This document shows positions 34,311 to 41,990 of a stretch of DNA of 64,000 bases, in pieces. The stretch is from positions 132,906-196,905 of the forward strand of contig JBEKRQ010000003.1 in assembly GCA_049517655.1 (NCBI GenBank). Reading direction: 5' to 3'. How positions within the stretch are numbered: position 1 is the first letter of the stretch; the number at the start of each line of letters is the position of its first letter. A model generated the notes under the pieces. It was not told where the DNA came from. It saw only the letters and a list, made by a program, of their open reading frames with translations, and did not search any database. This stretch comes from Verrucomicrobiota bacterium (lineage in GTDB: Bacteria; Verrucomicrobiota; Verrucomicrobiia; Limisphaerales; UBA11358). A program made the translations under genes and the position numbers.

Positions 34311-35357
34311 CTATTTAGAACTTTGCAGAGAGTTATAATATGTGTTGATTCTTTGTGATTCGGTGATGAGTTCGTTGATAAGCGTGTTGATATTGGTCGT
34401 GTTATTTGAAAAGGCTTCTCCTAAGGCTTTATGGGCTGCTGCCAATTTAACCGTGGCCGACTCCATCGATGCAAACGTAGTATCGGCATTTCTCATTTCT
34501 TGTGTCAAAGCTGCCATTTCCTGAATCTCTGTGCGCTTTTCACCGGGATTCTTATCAAATTGACTCAGGTTGTTTAGAATATACTGGTTGTTGTTTCGTA
34601 AAGTGTCATCGTAATCATTTGCCAACTGTTGCCTGAGAATTTCAAAATCCCTCTGCAAAAGCTGGCAAATGTCCGCAACAGGCTGTTGCATTAGGGCAAT
34701 GTTTTTTTCGGCTTCTTTTTGTTGCTTCCAAGTGATCAGCCAGTGTCCCAGTGTATTGACGGCAACCGTAAAAATCTGAAGTTCCTGTGTTGTGGCCGGT
34801 GCCTTATTGAAAAAAGATGCTTTGACAAGAGCCTGATCAACATTGGTCAAAGCTTGTCCAAGCTTTGTTGTATCCTGGTCGAAGTTCGTGAGTGAACTAT
34901 TACCCATAAGGACAGACAAATTGGCCGCATATGATTTTAATCCATTAAGAACGTCAAGCCTGACCTGCAACGCATTCGTATCCATAAAAGGCTTAATGGC
35001 ATCCGGGTTATAACCTGTTTTGATGTCATAATTTAAAACCGTAACGCTTACTTCCTCCTTAAAGTGATTGTCCTCAACCAGCTTGAAGGCCTGTGTGGTG
35101 TTATTTGCTGTTAACGTTACTGCATCTGAAAAATTTTTGATCTGCTTGGCGGCATCAGGACTGGCACACCCCGCAATAGCGGCCATCAACGCAGCCAGCA
35201 ACAAGTAATTGATGGATCTACGGTGAAATTTAGAGTCTTCAGTTCTATCCGGCTGTAGCTCGAGGTTGAGCTTCCCGTAACAAAAGTGACCCGGACTTAG
35301 TTTGCCCAACGGCTCGGGTTGTTCGAGTTGACGAATGAGTCTTTCTCTGTTGGCCAT
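34311..35357 (-). CDS. hypothetical lipoprotein
   Basis: 348-aa ORF with an internal signal/lipobox LLLAALMAAIAGCASP, so the true start is uncertain. No family recognised. Confidence 0.5.
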   Translation of the reverse strand: MANRERLIRQLEQPEPLGKLSPGHFCYGKLNLELQPDRTEDSKFHRRSINYLLLAALMAAIAGCASPDAAKQIKNFSDAVTLTANNTTQAFKLVEDNHFKEEVSVTVLNYDIKTGYNPDAIKPFMDTNALQVRLDVLNGLKSYAANLSVLMGNSSLTNFDQDTTKLGQALTNVDQALVKASFFNKAPATTQELQIFTVAVNTLGHWLITWKQQKEAEKNIALMQQPVADICQLLQRDFEILRQQLANDYDDTLRNNNQYILNNLSQFDKNPGEKRTEIQEMAALTQEMRNADTTFASMESATVKLAAAHKALGEAFSNNTTNINTLINELITESQRINTYYNSLQSSK

Positions 35358-35494
35358 AATTTTCCTCTGGATTTTCGAAAATCAGCAGAAATTTCAGATT
35401 ATGTCAATATCCGTCTTATTCGCGGCGGGCTTTTATTCATCCAATCACTCGCTTGCCAACGTTTAGTGTTTTGGTCAAACGCAACGCCGCACTC

Positions 35495-35527
35495 ATTTCA
35501 GCGCGATGACCCCGATGGGAACGGTGA
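35495..35527 (+). repeat. 33-bp repeat (D-type), copy 2
   Basis: atttcagcgcgatgaccccgatgggaacggtga, directly abutting relic R3. Confidence 0.8.
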
Positions 35528-35532
35528 TTGAC

Positions 35533-35586
35533 TCAAGGAATCCGCCAGCAATTCCGTTCAACATGCAAAAGCAGATTGCGGTCGCG
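35533..35586 (-). repeat. relic of DpnI-like gene 3' end (copy R3)
   Basis: The minus strand reads RDRNLLLHVERNCWRIP*. Confidence 0.7.
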
Positions 35587-35617
35587 GCTTGCTTTGCCTC
35601 TTGGCGTTGAAAAGGAT

Positions 35618-35656
35618 TTCACGGAATCTGCCAGCAACCGCGTTCGATTGTAGGAG
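35618..35656 (-). repeat. degenerate relic of DpnI-like gene 3' end (copy R4)
   Basis: The minus strand reads LLQSNAVAGRFRE. Nucleotide pattern ttcacggaatctgccagcaaccgcgttcga parallels the other copies. Confidence 0.5.
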
Positions 35657-35801
35657 TCGAGGTCACAAGACTGGTTCCGAAAAGGAAATTTGAGACTCGT
35701 TTCTTAATCCAACGAACAATATACAATCAGCGAACAAGTAAGAGTCAAAAAACACCGGAAGTTTACTTGACGTCCGGAGTTGAAAGCAGAAAGGTTCCGT
35801 T

Positions 35802-36806
35802 ATGCCTGCGTATTGGATGATTACGGATCGGGCCATCAAAAATGGCCTGCCCACCGACGACCAAGGGCCGTTGAAATATTTTGTAAGCGACAAGGCGCCG
35901 CTCGATAACTTTAAAAACTGGCAGCCCGTTTCCTCCGATGCCTTCACAAAGTTGCTCACCGCTGCCGCCGACCAATTCCCCGCGTTGGACCACGCCGAAA
36001 ACGAGAAGCAAAATCACGTCACGTTTTTCGTTCATGGCTACAATGTCGGTTGGGACGATGCCGCCCGCCGTTACCAACAACTCTGTGCTGACCTTTACAG
36101 CGGCCCGGACAGTCTCGGCATTTGCATCAGCTTCGACTGGCCATCGCTCGGCAGCGTGCTCGGTTATTTGCCCGACCGTGACCACGCGCGGGATTGTGCG
36201 AACGACCTGGTTGATGTGCTCGGCCAGCTTTACGACTGGTTGCTGGACAAACAGCAAGCCGCCATGGATGACCCGGCTGATGCGTGCAAAGCCAAAATAT
36301 CCGTGATTTCCCACAGCATGGGCAATTATGTCGTCCAGAAAGCCATGGCCGCCGCTTGGACGCGCAAAAACCAGCCACTGCTCGTCAGCCTCATCAATCA
36401 ACTCGTCATGATTGCCGCCGACGTGGACAACGACCTCTTTCAACCGGACGCCAGCGACGGCAGCGATGGCAATGCACTGGCGAATCTCACCTATCGCATC
36501 ACCGCGCTTTACAGCGGGCGCGACGCGGTGCTGGGTGCTTCCGCCGGCCTGAAACATTTCGGCACACGCCGTTTGGGACGCACCGGGCTGGCCGTTCGTC
36601 CGCCCACCGGCAAGGACAATGTCTGGGACATTGACTGTTCGAGTTTTTTTCCGGACAGCGTGGGCGGCATGGACATCCACAGCGCCTATTTTGGCCAATA
36701 TGGGACCCTGCCTTTGATTCGCGATTTATTGCGCGGGCTTGACCGTTCCGTTCTCTACGCACTCGGCGAAACGCAAGGTCACGCCTGGCCACCGGCTCCT
36801 AAATAA
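35802..36806 (+). CDS. alpha/beta hydrolase, DUF900-like
   Basis: HVTFFVHGYNVGWDDA and the nucleophile elbow ISHSMGNYV. Confidence 0.7.
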   Translation: MPAYWMITDRAIKNGLPTDDQGPLKYFVSDKAPLDNFKNWQPVSSDAFTKLLTAAADQFPALDHAENEKQNHVTFFVHGYNVGWDDAARRYQQLCADLYSGPDSLGICISFDWPSLGSVLGYLPDRDHARDCANDLVDVLGQLYDWLLDKQQAAMDDPADACKAKISVISHSMGNYVVQKAMAAAWTRKNQPLLVSLINQLVMIAADVDNDLFQPDASDGSDGNALANLTYRITALYSGRDAVLGASAGLKHFGTRRLGRTGLAVRPPTGKDNVWDIDCSSFFPDSVGGMDIHSAYFGQYGTLPLIRDLLRGLDRSVLYALGETQGHAWPPAPK

Positions 36807-36823
36807 TCACAAAACAATGACAT

Positions 36824-37660
36824 ATGAGCATTACCATTAAGAGCAAAACCGTGGACATCAAAATAGAAATTAACGGCAATGAAGCGGACGGTCATGTGAT
36901 CCCATTAGATGTGCAACATGAAGAATCCGAAAAGATCATGCGGATGCATTACTCGCTAATGGGTGAAACAATACCAATGTTGTCTCCGCTGTTCGGTGAA
37001 TTCTCAACTGATGAAAAAACTGATGAAAAGATGGCAACATACCGTTACGACTGGTCGGTCGGCCTCACATTGATAGACCCTTGTTATTTGTGGAACTGGA
37101 TGAAAACCATACGGGAGAAACGCGCCATGGCAGTTCAATTGTTAATTGACTGCGGCGATAGCGGATACAGCTTTACAGAACTTTCCGCAGTCTTGCTTAC
37201 ATTGCAACCCTCTCTCGAAGGCTCGTCATTATATGATAAGTATGCAGATAAAATTGGGGATAGCCTGTCAAAGTTGTCAGAGATCACCCAACCGTTTAAT
37301 CAGACGGCTGCAGGTGTCTTCAGGCTTACCGCAGCGATGTCTAATTTAATTAGTTCCGGTGAAAAGAATGACAAAAAATGGTTCATTTACAGGTTTCTTG
37401 ATGAAAGAAAGAAATGCTGTGCCATAGAATGGAACATCAATCGGAACGTATTCGAGAATTACGGACCGCTTTTGCGGGGTTCCCTAATCCTAAACTTTCA
37501 CGGAACCAAAAATGCAGGCAGTAATGGTTCAATAGAAATGCTTCTTCGGCCTCGACTTGGGTTTGCCAAGTACGAGATTGCTTATTTGCCGCCGGAAAAC
37601 GAATTGGAGAAGAAAGATCCGGTTGCTTTATCTATAAAACCAACCGAAAAAAAGCGCTGA
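36824..37660 (+). CDS. hypothetical protein (partner of DUF900-like hydrolase)
   Basis: 278-aa ORF 17 nt downstream on the same strand. No family recognised. Confidence 0.55.
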   Translation: MSITIKSKTVDIKIEINGNEADGHVIPLDVQHEESEKIMRMHYSLMGETIPMLSPLFGEFSTDEKTDEKMATYRYDWSVGLTLIDPCYLWNWMKTIREKRAMAVQLLIDCGDSGYSFTELSAVLLTLQPSLEGSSLYDKYADKIGDSLSKLSEITQPFNQTAAGVFRLTAAMSNLISSGEKNDKKWFIYRFLDERKKCCAIEWNINRNVFENYGPLLRGSLILNFHGTKNAGSNGSIEMLLRPRLGFAKYEIAYLPPENELEKKDPVALSIKPTEKKR

Positions 37661-37731
37661 AATGTAAAATGGGTGGATGCTTAAAACATTCACTTCAGCC
37701 CGACTCGTCGCGGCTAAACGGAGTGAAGATG

Positions 37732-37754
37732 GATGACCCAGATGGGAACGGTGA
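37732..37754 (+). repeat. D-type repeat, partial copy 3
   Basis: gatgacccagatgggaacggtga, 15 nt upstream of relic R5. Confidence 0.7.
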
Positions 37755-37769
37755 CGGTGCCGCGCAACC

Positions 37770-37805
37770 TCACGGCAGACGCCAGTGACCGCAAAGTGGT
37801 TGAAG
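37770..37805 (-). repeat. relic of DpnI-like gene 3' end (copy R5)
   Basis: The minus strand reads LQPLCGHWRLP*. tcacggcagacgccag is identical to the intact gene end at 38591. Confidence 0.6.
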
Positions 37806-37930
37806 GTTGAGATGCGCGATTGCTGGCCCTTGAATTGATATTCATTTGTGTCAATATCAAGAACTGACCCGTTTTTTTGGCGATTGGTGTCGCGGGCAGA
37901 GCAACCATCAACGAATGAAAGATCCGGTTT

Positions 37931-38590
37931 ATGAAAACTGACCTGGAATTGAAGAAGGACATATTAGCTGAACTCGCATACGAGCCAAGCATCAACGCCG
38001 CAGACATCGGTGTCTTGGTGAAGCAAGGGGGTGTATTGCTCAATGGCTCGGTAAGCAGTTATGCTGCGAAAGAGGCGGCGGCGCACGCGGCCAAACGGGT
38101 TGCCGGGGTGAAGGGTGTGGCGGATGAAATTGCCGTTCATCTGCCTGCTTCCTCCCGCCGTACCGACGACGAGATTGCTGCTGCCGCAACCAAATCGATA
38201 GACTGGACTATCACGGTTCCGGCCGGTGCCGTCACGGTAATGGTCCGCGATGGCTGGCTTACTTTGAAGGGCGTTGTCGAGTGGGCGCACCAGAAGTACG
38301 CCGCTGAAGAAGCGGTGCAGCGTTTGACGGGGGTTAAAGGGATAAACAATTTAATCATAATCAGACCGAAGCAACCGACCCCCTCGAACGTAAACACGGC
38401 AATTAAGGCAGCCTTTGAGCGGCACGCACTGCTCGACGCCGGGAAGATCACGGTGGAGACTTCCGGAAGTAAGGTGGTGCTCCGCGGCACTCTTGGCAGT
38501 TGTTTGGAGCGTGAGGAAGCTGAGCGCGCTGCCCGGTCTGCACCCGGCGTGTCCGAAGTCGAGAATAACATTATTATTCATATGTGGTGA
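37931..38590 (+). CDS. BON-domain protein (OsmY-like, three BON repeats)
   Basis: Repeated ...V.V.V..G.V.L.G.V........A...A..V.GV..V.N.I... units. Confidence 0.75.
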   Translation: MKTDLELKKDILAELAYEPSINAADIGVLVKQGGVLLNGSVSSYAAKEAAAHAAKRVAGVKGVADEIAVHLPASSRRTDDEIAAAATKSIDWTITVPAGAVTVMVRDGWLTLKGVVEWAHQKYAAEEAVQRLTGVKGINNLIIIRPKQPTPSNVNTAIKAAFERHALLDAGKITVETSGSKVVLRGTLGSCLEREEAERAARSAPGVSEVENNIIIHMW

Positions 38591-39358
38591 TCACGGCAGA
38601 CGCCAGATGCCGTGTTCGACGTGAAGCAATAATCCGGCGTCGCGCAAGACTTGGAGTTGTTGGCGAATCTTATCTTTGACGTGCCGATTGTCGGGATGAA
38701 GTTTTTCCAACTCGTGGGTGAAGACGTAAACATTTTCGTTGGTGAATTCCGTTTTTCCCAAGCGACGGACGATATTCAAAACGTCCAGCGTCCAGCCGCG
38801 TTCTTTGGCTTTGATTTCGCCAAGTGGTTTGACGCGTCGGAATTTCTCGCGGACTTCATTCTCCGGCGTAACTCGACTTTCCGTGACCACAGCAATTCGT
38901 GCGTCAACTGGAATCCGATTCAAAGCAAAGTTGCATCCAATCCAACCAGCGCGTCTTGCTGTTGGCGAAAGCGGTTTTCGTTTGATGATGGCTGACGGCG
39001 GAAAAGCAAAATATGGAACAAGTAACAAATTTCTAACTCTCCAAGTTGCCAAGTCGTAGTGTAGAAAATAGAAGTTCGGAGTTCGGTCGTTTTTAATTGC
39101 TTCCATCATTGCGCCATAAGCGCCATCCGTGATGGAACTGCCGATTCGTGTCTTTTGGCTTTTTAGCTGATACCAAAATCCGCAATTCGGGCAGCGATAG
39201 TCATTGGCTTTCGTGTTCGGTTTGAGCCAATCCAATTTTGGTGAAGAACAATTTGGACAATAAAAATTATCAGCGCCCCAAGCTTCTGTGACATTTCCAG
39301 CCTTTTGCGAACCGCTTTTGTAAGTGGCTGCAAGTTCGCCAGACATGGAAAGCTTCAC
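38591..39358 (-). CDS. DpnI-like (methyl-directed type IIM family) restriction endonuclease homolog
   Basis: Collinear with my recollection of S. pneumoniae DpnI: TYKSxSQKA, YCPNC...CPNC, LKS, DGAY..MM, PNF.FL.Y, RKPL.PTARRAGWIGCN. C-terminal winged helix ...KIRQQLQVLRD. GTG start. Confidence 0.8.
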   Translation of the reverse strand: MKLSMSGELAATYKSGSQKAGNVTEAWGADNFYCPNCSSPKLDWLKPNTKANDYRCPNCGFWYQLKSQKTRIGSSITDGAYGAMMEAIKNDRTPNFYFLHYDLATWRVRNLLLVPYFAFPPSAIIKRKPLSPTARRAGWIGCNFALNRIPVDARIAVVTESRVTPENEVREKFRRVKPLGEIKAKERGWTLDVLNIVRRLGKTEFTNENVYVFTHELEKLHPDNRHVKDKIRQQLQVLRDAGLLLHVEHGIWRLP

Positions 39359-39389
39359 GCGCTGATTAGATCAACGCGGCTGCAAAGAC

Positions 39390-40817
39390 TCAACTCGATT
39401 TCACGCGAAAGATTTCTGTTTCGCAGCGGACGACGTGCGTTGTTTCCCGTTTCTTACCAGTCGGTGTTTTAGCCCATGCCTCCTGCAAACCTACGTCAAC
39501 AGTCGTGTGAACGACCGCGCCGCGCTCGACCTCGGCGCATGAAAGAAACACGAACTTGCATTCGTGAAAGATGCGCTCGGTCGGCACTTGCGGTTTGTCG
39601 TCCATCGAGCGCGATCCATTGATCGAATCGGAAAACAGATCAAGATCATTTTGAGAAAAAACTGAAACTTCAATTCTTACTTGGAAATTCCGCAACCAAA
39701 TCAAAACGATTTCCCGTTCGGCGCGTTTGGCCGTCAGCGTGAGGTAGGCGAAGTTCAATTCAATTCCGACGCAGCCGCGTTTGATGTGGAGCGCGGCGAT
39801 GGCGGTTGTTCCGCCGCCGAGAAACGGGTCGAGAACCAAATCGCCTTCGTTGGTCGAGGCCAACAGGCAGCGTTCAACCAGCGCAATCGGTTTCTGAGTA
39901 GGGTGCTTGCCGAAAGCTTTCTCGCCGTTGGACGGAGAAGGAAGCGTCCAGACGGACGAGAAAGAGGAGTCAGGAGTATGGAGTAAGGAGGAAGTGTCAG
40001 ATTCTTGCTCCCTGCTCCTTGCTCCTTCATCCTTCGTCGCGCTGGCGACGTCTCTCCACACGGTTTTCATCTGTTTGCCGGTGACTTTCCGCATTTCCTG
40101 ATAGTTAAATACGTGTTTACTTTTTTCATTTTTGGCCGCCCACAGAACGGTTTCAGTTGAGTGCGTGAAATAGCGGCAGCTCAAGTTCGGCGGCGGATTG
40201 GGTTTTTCCCAGGCGATGTCGTTGAGGATTTTGTAGCCGAGTTGTTGCAGGGCATAGCCGATGGAGAAAATGACGTGATGCGTGCCGCTCACCCAAATCG
40301 TTCCGTTGGGTTTGAGCACGCGCTGACAGCGTCGCAGCCATTCGAGATTGAATTCGTGGTTCAGTTCCGGTCCACGCGATTTATCCCAGTCGCCTTTATC
40401 GACCTTCACCATTTTGCCGGCGTGACAGGTGATGCCGCCGTTGGACAAGAAATACGGCGGGTCGGCAAAGATGGCGTCGAACCGGCCATCGGGATATTTG
40501 GTGGCGATGGCGTCGAGGAGTTCGAGACAATTACCGTGGTAAAGCCAGAGGCCGCGCGCGGAATCAGAGTAAACAAGGCGCGGCAGGCCAGAAGCCGGAG
40601 GTCGGAGATCGGACTTCTGACTTCCGATTTCTGACATCTGAACAATTGAGCCGTCTTCGCGAAGTTTGAAATGCGCGGAGGTCAGAGGTCGGAAGGCGGA
40701 TGCCGGATGCCGGAGGTCAGAGGTCTGACTTCTGTCTTCTGTCTTCCGGCTACCGGGTTTCGGCGGCTTGGATTTGTAGAACGAGCGGCGTTTGGTTGGT
40801 TTCGACTTTTTCGGCAC
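39390..40817 (-). CDS. beta-class N6-adenine (or N4-cytosine) DNA methyltransferase, DpnA/M2.DpnII-like
   Basis: FADPPYFLSNGG ... DKGDWDK ... NLSCRYFTHSTET ... GKHPTQKP ... LDPFLGGGTT. The start is uncertain (GTG 40817 or ATG 40637). The N-terminal part, an internal loop and the ~110-aa C-terminal tail are non-canonical. Confidence 0.82.
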   Translation of the reverse strand: MPKKSKPTKRRSFYKSKPPKPGSRKTEDRSQTSDLRHPASAFRPLTSAHFKLREDGSIVQMSEIGSQKSDLRPPASGLPRLVYSDSARGLWLYHGNCLELLDAIATKYPDGRFDAIFADPPYFLSNGGITCHAGKMVKVDKGDWDKSRGPELNHEFNLEWLRRCQRVLKPNGTIWVSGTHHVIFSIGYALQQLGYKILNDIAWEKPNPPPNLSCRYFTHSTETVLWAAKNEKSKHVFNYQEMRKVTGKQMKTVWRDVASATKDEGARSREQESDTSSLLHTPDSSFSSVWTLPSPSNGEKAFGKHPTQKPIALVERCLLASTNEGDLVLDPFLGGGTTAIAALHIKRGCVGIELNFAYLTLTAKRAEREIVLIWLRNFQVRIEVSVFSQNDLDLFSDSINGSRSMDDKPQVPTERIFHECKFVFLSCAEVERGAVVHTTVDVGLQEAWAKTPTGKKRETTHVVRCETEIFRVKSS

Positions 40818-40822
40818 GCCCA

Positions 40823-40949
40823 GATCAATTGATCAGATCACACTTTGAGATCAAGGCATTTTCAGAGCACTTGAATGGAGTACGGAATGGCACACCGGGA
40901 TCAACTCCGATAAATCGCGAGCGGGTTGATCAGAAGAGCGGATCGGATC
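40823..40949. promoter_or_regulatory. cluster of eight GATC sites upstream of the methyltransferase/DpnI-like operon
   Basis: GATC at 40823, 40831, 40836, 40849, 40899, 40928, 40941 and 40946. The first two form the perfect palindrome GATCAATTGATC. Confidence 0.6.
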
Positions 40950-41089
40950 AAGGGAATTCCTGCCGCAAAAAGGCACAAAAGTCTCAAAGAATTTCTTTTG
41001 CGCATTTTGCGACTTTTGGCGGCAAAGATTTTTATCCTTTGTGTTCTTTGCGTTCTTTGTGGTTAAGCCGCATCCGTGTCCAAGAACTT

Positions 41090-41608
41090 TTATTTTTCTC
41101 CCTTGTCGCCGGTAAGATACCGTTCGATGTGGCGGTCGAGGTCGGAAAGGGCTCCGGCACAAGTCGCGGCCTGCACGCGCTCCACCATTTCAAAGCACCA
41201 AGCCTCTTCCTCCACCTGTTCATTGATGAACCACTGCATGAGAACCTGCGCCGGGTAATCCCTGGCGCCAAGGGCGGCTTCGTAAACCGAATTGATGCCT
41301 TGTGTGTTGGACTGTTCCATGGCTTGTGCGTGACTGGCCACTTCGAGGAGCGACTTGAAATCGTACTTGGGCGCGGCGATGGCAGTTGTCTTCGGCATTG
41401 CATCGCGGTCAATAATGTGGGCGCTGATTTTCTCCGCGTGAACGTGTTCTTCGGCAGCCTGTTTGGCGAAATAACCCGCAAAGCCAGTCAAGTTCTGGGC
41501 CTCACACCAGATGGACAAGGCACGATAACTGTGGGCGGCACTGAGTTCCTGATTAAACTGGCGGTTGAGTTCGGTTAGCACTTTGGCGGGGATTTTAGAG
41601 GGATGCAT
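41090..41608 (-). CDS. ftn: ferritin
   Basis: LNRQFNQELSAAHSYRALSIW...EEHVHAE ferritin-like di-iron motifs. ATG at 41608 preferred. Confidence 0.85.
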   Translation of the reverse strand: MHPSKIPAKVLTELNRQFNQELSAAHSYRALSIWCEAQNLTGFAGYFAKQAAEEHVHAEKISAHIIDRDAMPKTTAIAAPKYDFKSLLEVASHAQAMEQSNTQGINSVYEAALGARDYPAQVLMQWFINEQVEEEAWCFEMVERVQAATCAGALSDLDRHIERYLTGDKGEK

Positions 41609-41854
41609 AGTTATTCTTTTGTTGGTTTCCTTATGCACCAGATTGGTGCCAATAGCAAGCATGCACTTGCCGAAGAACATGCCCGCTTCGCTGATGATTT
41701 TCACACAACTGCCTTCGCGCGAGTGGCGCTACGGCGCGTCAAGAAGACGCAAAGACGCAGATGTTTGAATCGCGCGAAGGCCGCGACGGTTGCGAAGGAT
41801 TTTGAAGAATTATTTCCCCTTCGTGTGCTTCGTGTTCTTCGCGCGAAACTTTTC

Positions 41855-41884
41855 GCGTTTATCTGTGCTATCTGTGGCTAAAAG
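41855..41884. repeat. ATCTGYGG-family half element
   Basis: gcgtttatctgtgctatctgtggctaaaa. Confidence 0.65.
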
Positions 41885-41990
41885 TGCCTTCGTGTCTTGG
41901 ACTCGCTCGCGCCCGCTCGCTCGGCCCTCACGGGCTTTCGGCTTTGCCAAACTCCTCTCATCGCTTCCCAAGCGATTCGAGTGTGGTTAT

